Below the pieces are notes generated by a model. It did no database searches. It was given only the letters and a program-made list of their open reading frames with translations, and was not told where the DNA came from. Positions 30,510-40,377 of a DNA stretch of 64,000 nt are shown one piece after another (within the stretch, counting starts at the first letter, position 1; each line of letters opens with the position of its first letter). This DNA is from an uncultured Holophagales bacterium. Lineage in GTDB: Bacteria > Acidobacteriota > Thermoanaerobaculia > Multivoradales > UBA5704. The stretch covers positions 576,001-640,000 of the forward strand of contig CAWJGT010000034.1 in assembly GCA_963842525.1 (NCBI GenBank), read 5' to 3'. A program made the translations under genes and the position numbers.

Positions 30510-30943
30510 ACGATCCCAGTGACGCCCCGTTGGCAATCGAGGAGCGTACTAGCCACATCCTCTTGGACGCGAAGACTTGTGCGTGCGTTGGGGAAGTCGA
30601 ATGTGACAAGTGAGATAAGGCCGCTGCTCGGAGGAGACACTGTGATTTCGTGCCACGGAATAAGGACCGGACCGGCGCCGATGCGAAACGGGGCGGCCAC
30701 ATTCAGGTACAGCCCCGCTGGCGTTGCCCTCGCGATGAGTGCCCTGCCGCGGAACCTGCTGGCCCCGACATAGCCCGAGAACTTGGAGTTGGGGCCCTCA
30801 AATGGGCCTGTTTCATAGAGCTTTCGGAGTCGCACCCAACCTGAGACCCGAGCGATGCTGTAGCAGATCGCGAGCCAAAGGACGACGAACCAGACGGCAG
30901 CGAGCGCAATGATGCCGAGAACGAGGCTTACGGTTGTTGGCAC
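30506..30943 (-). CDS. Small membrane hypothetical protein (cassette-like)
   Basis: N-terminal TM, SGW..L...Y and PVLIPWHEI motifs. Confidence 0.65.
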   Translation of the reverse strand: MPTTVSLVLGIIALAAVWFVVLWLAICYSIARVSGWVRLRKLYETGPFEGPNSKFSGYVGASRFRGRALIARATPAGLYLNVAAPFRIGAGPVLIPWHEITVSPPSSGLISLVTFDFPNARTSLRVQEDVASTLLDCQRGVTGIV

Positions 30944-31004
30944 ACTGCCCCTTCAGGCCATGGCCTGCGCGACGATCGTGGCTCGATGGTTAGGCGTTTT
31001 TGGT

Positions 31005-31345
31005 TCATTGGGTTTTGAGTGGTTCGGTATTTTTCTTTTGAGGCTGAACCTTCCGGAGTTCGTAGCGAGTCAGCCCTTGATCTTCAGCGGCTTCAAAGCT
31101 TTTCGGCGTCTCTTCGTCACCGTCACCTAACGCGGCCAAGGTCAGTTTCCCGTCCTCAATCTTGTAGATGGCGACGACCACTTTGCCGACGCTATTTTCC
31201 TGTCCTGGCGCACAATCTTTGATGGTGGCGTGAAGTTGCCGTGGGTCTGTGCCTGCAGGCAGTGTAATGGTCGTCTCAAACCAAAAGTTCGTGTCCCGGT
31301 GAAAATGGAGTGAATTGCCGGTGATCGTGATGGTGATTTTTTGAT
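31005..31345 (-). pseudogene. TIGR03067-like cassette gene, 5'-truncated paralog of 26183-26657
   Basis: Near-identical ITGNSLHFHRDTNFWFETT...LHATIKDC; no signal peptide; GCCTAAC at 30989-30995 follows the stop. Confidence 0.65.
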
Positions 31346-31488
31346 GCGACTGATCGCCGACTTCAGGGTATAACCGTATTAGCTCACCGATCCCCGGCGC
31401 CTTATCACACACCTGGGCTGCCGCATAAGTCGCTGACCGAGAGTTGCCGGGTTCTGGTCCAAATCATTCTGCACCTGCAACTTAGGAG

Positions 31489-31517
31489 AGCATACGCGCG
31501 TCATCGGACGGTGTCAA
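31489..31517 (-). promoter_or_regulatory. Sigma-70 promoter copy 2
   Basis: Minus TTGACA-17 bp-TATGCT, homologous to copy 1. Confidence 0.75.
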
Positions 31518-31719
31518 AGGCGGCCGGGTGTGGCGTATAAGGCCCCTTTGGCGGCTTACATGACTGAAGCCGGACGCATCAGCCGCTCTGCAAGCGGAGG
31601 GAACGGTCGGCTTCTCCGTAGTCGAAGAGAGTCGTGTAAGCTCTCCAGGGTTGTCGTAAAAGCATCGGCAGGAGCCAGGCCTTGACTCTCGAAGTCCCTG
31701 GGCGAAGAGTTTCTCCCTG

Positions 31720-33565
31720 ATAGGGGTAGGGAGGACCGGTTGTTTACCCGGTCCCCCCTCCCTCCGAACCGGACGTGCGGATCTCCCGCATCCGGCTCTC
31801 CGGTTGGTGGTCTTACCTCCGAGAGGGTTGACGGGTCTGGGCGTAGGCTGCGTAGAAGGAGTACAGCCCAAGCTCAGCAAAGAAGGTCTTCGGCCAGCGG
31901 TTGTGATCGCGGCCCCGGGATCTCCCCTTGCGCTTCTGGCGGTGGCGCAGGATGCTGCGAAGCCGCATCCGGATCCACTTGTCCAGTTGCTCAAAGGTCG
32001 ACCAGTGGCTGTGTTTGAAGTATTCAAACCAGCCGCGCTGGATCGATACCAGGTCCGCGATGATCCGCTGGAGGCTGTGCCCGTTGGTGCGCCCGGTCTT
32101 GCTGCGAATCTTGTCCTGGAACTTACGGCGGCTCTTCGCGCTGGGCCAACGAAGGCCCCGCTCGAAGTGATACCCCAGGAAGTCGAAGCCCCCACGCTGG
32201 CTGGCATCGACGATCCGCGTCTTGTCAGGGTGGAGCTGCAAACCTGCCGCAGTCACCCACTCCTCGACCATGATCAGGGCCCATTGGGCCTCGAGCTGAC
32301 TCTGGCACAAGATCACAAAGTCGTCCGCATACCGCACCATCTCATAGCCAAACCGAGCCATGTGATGGTCCAGCGGGTCCAGGTAGATGTTGGACAACAG
32401 GGGGCTGATCACGGCTCCTTGCGGGGTTCCCCCCTCTGGAGTCCAGTGGTCGGCACTCTCCATCACCTCCTGCTCCAAATACCCTTGCAGCAGGCCCAGG
32501 ACCTTGCCGTCGGACACCTTGCCCCTCACCAACCCCATCAGGGGCTCGCGAGGAATTGTGTCGTAGTAGCTCTTCAGATCCGCATCCACCACGTGCACAT
32601 ACCCGGCCGCCAACAACTCGGCGACCCGACGCAGAGCATCCTTGGTGCCTCTCTGCGGACGGAATCCGTAGCTCTGTGCTGCGAAGTCCCGTTCATAGAT
32701 CGGCTCCAGCACGTTGCGCAACGCGGTCTGAACCACTCGGTCTCGAACCGTCGGAATCCCCAGGGGCCGTTTCTCCCGGCTCCCTGGCTTCGGAATCCAC
32801 ACCCGACGGATCGCTTGCGCTCGGTAACTCCCCTCCCGCAGGCTCCTCGACAGGCGCTCCAGGTTCTCCTCCAGAGTCGCCTCAAACATCCCGATCGTCA
32901 CTCGGTCCACGCCGGCGCTGCCTCGGTTGCTCTTCACCTTCGCGAAGGACGACCGCAGATTCGCCAGCGAGCTGACCTTGTCGATCAGGCTGTACCACGT
33001 TCCTCCTTGGACCCCCTCATCGAGGGCCGTCAACATACGTGCGCTCCAGACGCTCGGTTCCACCCAGGACCAGCGGCCCCGAGTCTCTCCGGCCAGGCTA
33101 GCCCCGAAGGGCACTGCAGCCGGTGTCTTCTCCTCCTGTCTGAGGCTCATGTATCCACCTTCCTGTCCCCCTTGGCTCCACGCCCGTTACGGCGCTTCTT
33201 CGCTACTACGGGGCCTGTGACTCCTCGGGGACCCTCCTTTGGCCTCTCCCGAGGTCTCCCCACTTCACGTCACTCGTCCTTTGAGACCATTCTGTCTCCA
33301 ACCACCCCACACACCCCCATCGTCGCCTTTGCACGCTACCCCTCGGCTCGATGGGCTTCCCTTGCGGGTCTGGGCTTCACCATTAGTCCGCTGGCTCGCC
33401 GATGCGCACGGCCGAATCGAGTTCGTCATCCTACGGACTGGTCTCTCACCTCCAGTTGCTCCCCACCCCGCCTCACGGCGACGCAGTTACCTTCAGTTAC
33501 AGGCCGGAGAACGTATGCCTGAAGAGGACTTTCACCTCTCTGGACAAGTGCGCTTGTGGGCGCAC
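31720..33565 (-). mobile_element. Complete group II intron (1846 nt)
   Basis: 5' GTGCGCCC at 33565; DV GAGCCGGATGCGGGAGATCCGCACGTCCGGTTC; 3' end CCTACCCCTAT at 31720; joined exons rebuild a REP. Confidence 0.92.
31813..33150 (-). CDS. ltrA: Group II intron reverse transcriptase/maturase (no endonuclease domain)
   Basis: RPLGIPTVRDRVVQ, SYGFRP, GTPQGAVISPLLSNIYL, RYADD, FDFLGY, RGWFEYF. Confidence 0.95.
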   Translation of the reverse strand: MSLRQEEKTPAAVPFGASLAGETRGRWSWVEPSVWSARMLTALDEGVQGGTWYSLIDKVSSLANLRSSFAKVKSNRGSAGVDRVTIGMFEATLEENLERLSRSLREGSYRAQAIRRVWIPKPGSREKRPLGIPTVRDRVVQTALRNVLEPIYERDFAAQSYGFRPQRGTKDALRRVAELLAAGYVHVVDADLKSYYDTIPREPLMGLVRGKVSDGKVLGLLQGYLEQEVMESADHWTPEGGTPQGAVISPLLSNIYLDPLDHHMARFGYEMVRYADDFVILCQSQLEAQWALIMVEEWVTAAGLQLHPDKTRIVDASQRGGFDFLGYHFERGLRWPSAKSRRKFQDKIRSKTGRTNGHSLQRIIADLVSIQRGWFEYFKHSHWSTFEQLDKWIRMRLRSILRHRQKRKGRSRGRDHNRWPKTFFAELGLYSFYAAYAQTRQPSRR

Positions 33566-33676
33566 GGACCGCGGGCGTCTCGCCCGCTCTCTCCTCACGC
33601 TCGGGCCGGCGTCGGGTTGGCGGCAACGCCGCGGTCGATGAAAGTCTGTGCGGGCGAGACGCCCGCGGTCCCAGGG
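33566..33676. repeat. Inverted REP doublet; left copy interrupted by the intron
   Basis: GCGGGCGAGACGCCCGCGGTCCCAGGG at 33650-33676; inverse copy at 33566-33587 plus 31715-31719. Confidence 0.85.
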
Positions 33677-33807
33677 GGCCCCCACCACGCCCAGAACACA
33701 CTTGGCCTGATACGCTGCGCCGATTCGTCAACACGAAAACCAGGCCGCCCGCCTTTTCTCGATCCCGGCGATTTCGGGAGCGCGCAACCCGCGCTCCCTC
33801 CGCAAGG

Positions 33808-33932
33808 CCAGCGTCCACGGACATTGCTCCAGTGTCCCGGGACATTGCTCCAGTGTCCCGGGACAACGAGCCAGCGCAAGCTCCGCAAAGCCAGTGTCCA
33901 CGGACATTACTCCAGTGCCCCGGGGCAACGCT
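33808..33932. repeat. 21-bp tandem array (6 units)
   Basis: ccagtgtcccgggacattgct-type units. Confidence 0.8.
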
Positions 33933-34052
33933 CGTCCTTCCGGATCTTCCACGGAGAGCAGCTCCTGGTCACCGGCGCTGACGACGGAGCCCAAGGCCGC
34001 GAGCCGTGGGCGTTTCCGCTCGGTGACATCGTTTCGCCTTGAGCATGCTCGA

Positions 34053-35189
34053 TCAATTCATCGGGTCGTCCGGATCGGTCGGGATCACGACCTTGAGGTG
34101 CGGCAGGACCGTGTCACCGGTATGAAAAAGGTAAAAGACCAGGGATGATGGAGTGCGGCTGAAGAAGATAAACGTGAAAAGATCCGGCACGCCGGCCACG
34201 CCGCCCATCCCGAAGACCGGGACGAAGGGGCCCTCCTCGGCGGACAAGCCGGGGTCAAATTCCCATTCGGCAGGCCCGCTGGTGAGGTCAGCGCGCAGGT
34301 AGATTCCGCCGGCGATGGGATCGTAGAGCCCCACGCCGGAGGTCCCAGCCGGGCGCCAATTGCCGGCGAAAGGCAGCCAGCCGGGTTGGGATCCTTCCAC
34401 CTCGAAGACGTGGTCGTAGTTGCCGTTGGAGCCCTCGTCGCGCAGCGCGAATTCGCCAGTAGCCGCAAGGCGCAGCCCGACGGTGTCGGTGCCATCGCCG
34501 TTCCAGTTGCCGGCCAGCGGAAGGTTGCCCCGGCCTCCTTCACCCAACGTGAACGTGCTCAGTAACTGCAGTGTGCGATCCGGACCGAGGTCGAACAGAT
34601 AGAAGCGTCCGCTCACGGGGTCATAGAGGCCCACTTCGTCGGCAGGATCGCCGCCCCAGTTGCCTGCAATGGGGAGGAACCCGGCGAAATCGGAGAACCC
34701 GGCGGAGTCGGAATCGGAAGGCAGTGAGTACATAGGGCAGAAGGGTTCCTGGGCCATGTTCTCGCACAGGAGGAAAAAAGGCTTCGGCGCACCGTTGAAG
34801 GCGCCCACCTCGACGTCGCTGTCGCCGTCCCAGTTTCCGGCAATCGGAGACCAGAGCGGGCTGACGTGGAGCCGGACCGTGGCCGGGCTGGTCGAGCTCG
34901 TGCCGCGGCGCAGGAAATACGTGAACGTTTCAACGCCCCAGGCACCCTCCGCCGGCTTGTAGCCAAAGCCATTGACACTCACACTCAGGTGACCTCCCGC
35001 GGGGACGGAAGCGAGGACGACCTCCCAGTGCTCACGGCCCCCAACAATGTCATTGGCGAGCAGGGCCTCGAACGGTATCTGGATTTCCATGTTTTCGACG
35101 CCCAGGAAGAAGTCGTCGACGGCGACCGCGGCGCCGGCCGACCTGGCGGCCAGCGTGAACAACAGACTGATCAGGATTCGTCGGATCAT
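34053..35189 (-). CDS. Secreted Ig-like plus P(I/L)AGNW-repeat propeller protein
   Basis: Signal peptide, LLAND...FTY Ig-like domain, four PxAGNW...VGL repeats. Confidence 0.75.
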   Translation of the reverse strand: MIRRILISLLFTLAARSAGAAVAVDDFFLGVENMEIQIPFEALLANDIVGGREHWEVVLASVPAGGHLSVSVNGFGYKPAEGAWGVETFTYFLRRGTSSTSPATVRLHVSPLWSPIAGNWDGDSDVEVGAFNGAPKPFFLLCENMAQEPFCPMYSLPSDSDSAGFSDFAGFLPIAGNWGGDPADEVGLYDPVSGRFYLFDLGPDRTLQLLSTFTLGEGGRGNLPLAGNWNGDGTDTVGLRLAATGEFALRDEGSNGNYDHVFEVEGSQPGWLPFAGNWRPAGTSGVGLYDPIAGGIYLRADLTSGPAEWEFDPGLSAEEGPFVPVFGMGGVAGVPDLFTFIFFSRTPSSLVFYLFHTGDTVLPHLKVVIPTDPDDPMN

Positions 35190-35247
35190 AGCAAGCTCCG
35201 CAATGCCCGCCTTGGTTTCAGAAAACAATCAACGAAAACCGTCTGGT

Positions 35248-38151
35248 TCAGGGCTTCTGCACCCGGCGTGCCAGCCAGATGTCGATCGCGGACACCTGGC
35301 GCCGGCCGTTCGGTCCCGCGGCGAGGTTGGCGGCCCTTGCCTCGGCGGCGAGTTGCCGCGTACGGAGCGGGTCCCTCTGCAGCGCCGCAAGAGCCCGTGC
35401 GAGAGCAAAGCGGGCCTCGGCCAGGACGGTGGGATCGAGCTTCTCCCGGCTCAAGATGCTGACCGCTCGCTCCAGGTTGGGCAGGGCCTGGTGCGGCGAG
35501 GAAAGAGCCAGTTGGGCCTCGCCCAGGCCGGTGAGGCCGTAGCCGACCAGGTAGTGCTCGGGGCCGAGCTCTCGTTCCCAGATGGTCAAGGCCCGCCGGT
35601 AGCGCGCGAGGGCCTGCCGGTGGAAGCCCTGCTCGCGCTCGGCCCCGGCCAGGCTGAACTCGGCCTGGGCCACCCAGGGATGGCCGCTGCCGTACGTTGC
35701 CTGCTGGATGGAGAGGGCGCGGCGCAAGGCAGCGACCGCCGCGGCCGGCTCTCCGCGGTCGAGGAGCTTGACGCCCAGGTTGTTGAGCGCGAAGGCGACG
35801 TTCGGATGGTTCGGCCCCAGGGCCTTCTCGAAGATGGCCACGGCGCGCCGGTGGCAGGCGAGGGCCTCCTCCACGCGCCCCAGCCCGGAGAAGGCGTTGC
35901 CGAGGTGGGTCAAGGTCGTGGCGACCTGGCTGTGGTCCGGCCCCAGGATCCGCTCGCCGATCGTCAAGGCCCGCCGGTGGAGCGCGAGGGCCTCGCCGTA
36001 GGCCGCGCGGCGGTACAGCAGGCCGCCGACGATGTCGAGGCTCTGCGCGACGTCCGGATGATCGGGCCCGAGCTGCTTTTCCTTGATGGCCAGCGCGCGG
36101 CGGTAGTGATGGAGGGCGCCTTCGAGGTCGCCCTGTTGCGTGAGGACGTTGCCGATCCGGGCCAGGGTGCCGGCCACCAGGGCATGCTCGGGGCCCAGGG
36201 CTTTCCACCGCAAGGCGAAGGCGCGGCGGTGGCGTTCGAGGGCGGCGGCGGGCTTTCCTTGTTGGAGGTAGATCGTCCCTTGATAGTCGGCGAAGGTCGC
36301 CTCCAGGGCCTCCCGCTGGTCGAGGTGAGCAAGGAGGGCGAGCCCCTGGCGCGCATAGCGGTGACCCTCTTCGTGCCGCGCCTGTTTGTACCCGACGACG
36401 CGGACGAGGCGCGAGAAGGCCTCGACCGCGACCCGGTCGTGGCGGCCCGCCCCGGCGGCCAGGAGAGCGCGGTGCAGGGCCGCCGCCGCATCCTCGGGCG
36501 TGCCGGCCCGCTCTTCGGTCTTGCCCTGGACCAGCAGCGCTTCGGCGATCAGGGGCCAGAACCCGGTCTCCTCGGCGCGGCGGCTCGCCTCCTGTGCCAA
36601 CACGAGCCCGGGCTTGTAGGCCCCGGCCTGCCCCAGCGCCGTGGCACGGGCCAGCGAGCCGCGCACCGCCGCGATCCTCCTTCGCGCTTCCGGCGCGTCG
36701 GGCTCGCGGAACGGAGCCAGCAGGGCGCTGGCGTCGGCGCAGGCGCTCAAAGGCGGCAGGTCCTGTGCCGCCTCGGCGGCCCGGCCGACCAGCTCGGCGT
36801 CCGCTTTGGAGAGCACATCGACGAACGAGGCGAGCTCGCGCCGCCGCTGCTCCAGGCAGGCCATGCGCCGGTCCAGGAGCTCCTCGGACTGCTCGCCCCG
36901 CAGCCGGGTGGCCTGGCAGGCCTCCATCCGCATCGCCACCCAATCCGCGGCGTAGCGGTCGAGGGCGCGCTCCGTGCTCTGCCAGGCGGAGGGCGCCAGC
37001 GGTGCACCGGTGGCGGCGAAAGCGGTGCGCATCGCGCCGCGGCGGGAGTCGTCCCAGACGCCCCGCAGGCGCTCGGCGGACCCGCCGCACAGGGCTCGCC
37101 GGGTGGCCGCGGTCTCCCGTAGGACGGCGCCGGAGGCAGGAAGCAGAAGGAGCGCCGCCGCCAGCGCGGCGTAGACAACCCGCCGCCGGGCCAGGTGCAG
37201 GCCGCGGTCGACCTCGCGCAACAGGGGTGCGAGCGAGGGAAAGCGCGCGGCGGGATCGTCGGCCAGGCCCCGCGCGAGAGCCCGATGCAGGCCGCGGTGG
37301 GCTCGCTGGCCCGCGGCGGAGAGGGCTTTGGAGAGCGCAAGGGAGAAGGAGTACTGGTCCGCAGCCGGCCCGACCGCCGCTCCTTGCCTCTGCTCTGGAG
37401 CCATATAGGCGGGCGTCCCCAGGCGTGCTCCGGTCCGGGTGAGGTCCTGCTGCGCGAGGCCGCTGGATGCGCCGGAGAGCGCCTCCAGGTCGACGACGTC
37501 GCCTTCCTGCCCGGGTCCGGCCTCCGCCGCCCGGGCCAGGCCGAAGTCGAGCACGACGACGCGGCCATCCTCCCCCACCAGCACATTGCCCGGCTTGAAG
37601 TCGCGATGGACGAGGCCGGCCGCGTGCGCCGCGGCGAGGCCCCGGCCGGCCTCCAGAAAGGCGCGCAGGATCTCCCCTCGGCGGCGGGGCGCGGCCGCGA
37701 GCCACGCGTCGAGCGCGAGGCCCGGGATGTACTCCATGGCCAGGAACAGCCGAACTTCCAGGAGCCCCACGTCGTAGAGAGTGATGACGTTGGGATGGGA
37801 AAGGCGGGCCAGGGCCTGGGCCTCCCGCAGCAACCGGGACTCGACGCCGGCCCGATCCTTCTCCAGCCGGTCGAGGCGGATGAGCTTCAGGGCGACCCGG
37901 CGGCCGAGCTCCGGATCGTAAGCGGCATAGACTACGCCCATTCCGCCGCTGCCGATGACGTCGAGGACGACGAAACGGCCCAAAAGGGTGCCACGAGGGA
38001 GGACGGAGGCCGCGATGCTTGTGGAGTCAGCCGGTACAGGGTCGCGAACGGTGGAACGCGTTGCGCCTGCAAGGGTATCCGTCCGCTCGTCCGGCTCGCC
38101 GCTCCCGGCGGAGTCGCACGGATTATGAGCCCGCGGCATATTGCTTCCCAT
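35248..38151 (-). CDS. Membrane Ser/Thr protein kinase with TPRs
   Basis: GSGGMGVV, VALK, HRDFKPGN, DFG, GTPAYMAPE; TM segment; 42-aa TPRs. Confidence 0.92.
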   Translation of the reverse strand: MGSNMPRAHNPCDSAGSGEPDERTDTLAGATRSTVRDPVPADSTSIAASVLPRGTLLGRFVVLDVIGSGGMGVVYAAYDPELGRRVALKLIRLDRLEKDRAGVESRLLREAQALARLSHPNVITLYDVGLLEVRLFLAMEYIPGLALDAWLAAAPRRRGEILRAFLEAGRGLAAAHAAGLVHRDFKPGNVLVGEDGRVVVLDFGLARAAEAGPGQEGDVVDLEALSGASSGLAQQDLTRTGARLGTPAYMAPEQRQGAAVGPAADQYSFSLALSKALSAAGQRAHRGLHRALARGLADDPAARFPSLAPLLREVDRGLHLARRRVVYAALAAALLLLPASGAVLRETAATRRALCGGSAERLRGVWDDSRRGAMRTAFAATGAPLAPSAWQSTERALDRYAADWVAMRMEACQATRLRGEQSEELLDRRMACLEQRRRELASFVDVLSKADAELVGRAAEAAQDLPPLSACADASALLAPFREPDAPEARRRIAAVRGSLARATALGQAGAYKPGLVLAQEASRRAEETGFWPLIAEALLVQGKTEERAGTPEDAAAALHRALLAAGAGRHDRVAVEAFSRLVRVVGYKQARHEEGHRYARQGLALLAHLDQREALEATFADYQGTIYLQQGKPAAALERHRRAFALRWKALGPEHALVAGTLARIGNVLTQQGDLEGALHHYRRALAIKEKQLGPDHPDVAQSLDIVGGLLYRRAAYGEALALHRRALTIGERILGPDHSQVATTLTHLGNAFSGLGRVEEALACHRRAVAIFEKALGPNHPNVAFALNNLGVKLLDRGEPAAAVAALRRALSIQQATYGSGHPWVAQAEFSLAGAEREQGFHRQALARYRRALTIWERELGPEHYLVGYGLTGLGEAQLALSSPHQALPNLERAVSILSREKLDPTVLAEARFALARALAALQRDPLRTRQLAAEARAANLAAGPNGRRQVSAIDIWLARRVQKP

Positions 38152-38217
38152 TATAGACCCCTGCTGACCGAGGACGGGTCGGACAGAACGACGGCGTGCG
38201 GAGCAACGGTCTCCGAT

Positions 38218-40021
38218 GTGGCAAGCCTCCGCCTCCGCGGCGACGTGGAGGGAGAGGAACGGACGTTCAGCCTGGAGCCCGGCGACAACCTGGTGGGCAA
38301 GGCCTCGTCCTGCCGCGTGGTGCTGCCCCTGCGGGGCGTGTCGCGCCGCCACGCCGTGCTCAAGGTCGACGGCGAAACCGTCCGGGTCGAGGACCTGGGC
38401 AGCAAGAACGGCACGCGGATCAACGGCCGCCGTGTCAGCGGCGGACCGCTGCGGCCGGGCGACCGGCTGAGCTTTGGATCGGCGGACCTCGTCCTCGAGA
38501 CGATCGATCCCCAGGACACGAGGCTCGGCCTGGTCCTGGCGGCCAGCGGTGCTCCGCCAGGTCGGCTGGTGGAGCGGGAAACGACGCAGCTCAGCGAAGA
38601 ACGGGATGCGGGACGCGAGGGCCGCTGGCTCGACATCATCGAAGCGTTCGTGGAGCGGCTGGCCCTGGCTCCGGAGGGGGATCCCAGCAGCGCTCTCTCG
38701 GCTCTCCTCGCCGGCCTCGGACCCGGTGCCCGCGGCGCCGCGCTGGTCGAATGGGGCGCCGAGGAGACCGTCGTGCTGGCAGCCGCGGGAGCCATCGCCG
38801 AGGTCCCGGGCAAGGACGACCCCACCGTGGTCTGGGCCGGCGGGGACGAGCCGCGACGCGTTCGACCGCCAAGCCTGTCCAGAACGTTCTCAGCGGCGGC
38901 CCGCAAACGCCGCGGCGCCGAGCCCCTGGGCCTGGTGGTCTGGGGAGATTTCGTGACCCCCTCTGTCCAGTCGCTCCTGCGCACCCTGGTTTGCCTCGCC
39001 GGCCGGCTCATCCTTTCTCCGGTGCAGGGCTTCGAAACGCCGCCACCCGCAGCCGGCCAACCCGGCCTCGTCCTTCCGCCCGGGTATGTCGCCGGTCGAG
39101 CCCCCGCCATGATCTCTTTGTACGTCGAGCTGCGGGCCTTTGCCCAGGGCGATCTGCCGGTGCTCATCATCGGCGAGACCGGGACTGGCAAGGAGCACGT
39201 CGCGCGGATCCTTCATGCTTCTTCGCGGCGCCGGCGGGGCCCGCTGGTCGCCATCAACTGCGCCGCCATCCCGTCCGACCTGCTGGAAGCCGAGCTGTTC
39301 GGCATCGGCAAGGGAGTGGCGACAGGGGTAACCGAGCGCGCTGGAAAGTTCGCGGAAGCGCAGGGCGGCACCCTGTACCTCGACGAGATCGGGGACATGC
39401 CCGCCGCGCTCCAGGTCAAGCTTTTACGGGCGCTCCAGGAGGGCGAAATCCAGCCGCTGGGACGCCCGTCCATGGCGGTCGACGTACGCATCGTGGCATC
39501 GACCAACGCCGACCTGCCGGCGCGCATGGAGGACGGCCGTTTCCGCGCCGACCTGTACTATCGGCTCGCCGGCGGCGTGCTGCGGATACCTCCCCTGCGC
39601 GAGCGCCGGCAGGACCTGCCTGTCTTGATCGGACATTTCGCCCGCGTCTTCTCCCGCGAGACCGGAAAGCCGATCCGAGGCATCACGGTCAAGGCCCTCC
39701 AGGCGCTCACGGCCTATCCGTGGCCCGGCAACGTCCGGGAAGCTCGAGCACGAGATCCGCCGTCTGGTCTATCTCTGTCCGGCAGCGCAGGCCGTCGAAT
39801 CCGCGATGCTCTCCGAGCACATCGTCCATCCCGCGGCCTCCGGGTCTGCCGAGCTGCCGGGAAACTCTCTCGATCTCAACCTCCACCTCGAGGCCCTCGA
39901 GCGGCGTTTGATCCGCGCCGCCCTGGACAAGACCGGCGGCAACCAGAGCGAAGCGGCCCGCCTGCTGCGCATCTCGCGCAACGGCCTGGCCCAGCGCATC
40001 AAGCGCCTCGAGCTCGACTGA
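38218..40021 (+). CDS. FHA-domain sigma-54-dependent activator (frameshift near 39740)
   Basis: FHA (VSRRHA, DLGSKNGT), GETGTGKE, GVATG (GAFTGA variant), WPGNVRE, Fis HTH in 39806-40021. Confidence 0.9.
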
Positions 40022-40170
40022 GCCCTCTCCCCCTACTCCCTCTCCCGTGCGTCCTCCAAGCCCCCACCCCGAACGGGAGAGGGGGAAGAAGAGGGCTTGG
40101 GTGGTGGCGCCCCTCTCCTGCTCGGGGTGGCGGGTGGTGGCCGCGCAGGGGAGGGGTCGGGGGAGGGGTC
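40022..40170. repeat. Cluster of CCCTCTCCC/GGGAGAGGG palindromic repeats
   Basis: Two opposed degenerate copies of the 9181 family. Confidence 0.55.
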
Positions 40171-40301
40171 CCCCTGCCCACATTGCGGGCAGATCTGCCC
40201 ACAGCCTGGGCAGGCAGCCGCGCCGGCTCTTTCTCGCCAAGCTGCAGCGAATCGCTTGCAGCCACACGACTTCTCACTTTTTCCCGGCGACCGTCCAGGC
40301 A

Positions 40302-40317
40302 CGGCATCGGCGTTGCT
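40302..40317 (+). promoter_or_regulatory. Sigma-54 -24/-12 promoter
   Basis: CGGCATCGGCGTTGCT (GG-N10-GC), ~60 bp before ATG 40378. Confidence 0.65.
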
Positions 40318-40377
40318 CTAGGAGGGGCCAGGCGCCCCGCGAACATTCCGCTCGCCGGGCAACCAGGAGGATTCGTG

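Noticed and set aside
31813-33150. RT as DGR, retron or defence RT
   Set aside because: Intron RNA ends, DV/DVI and the maturase domain identify a group II intron; no template/variable repeat pair was seen.
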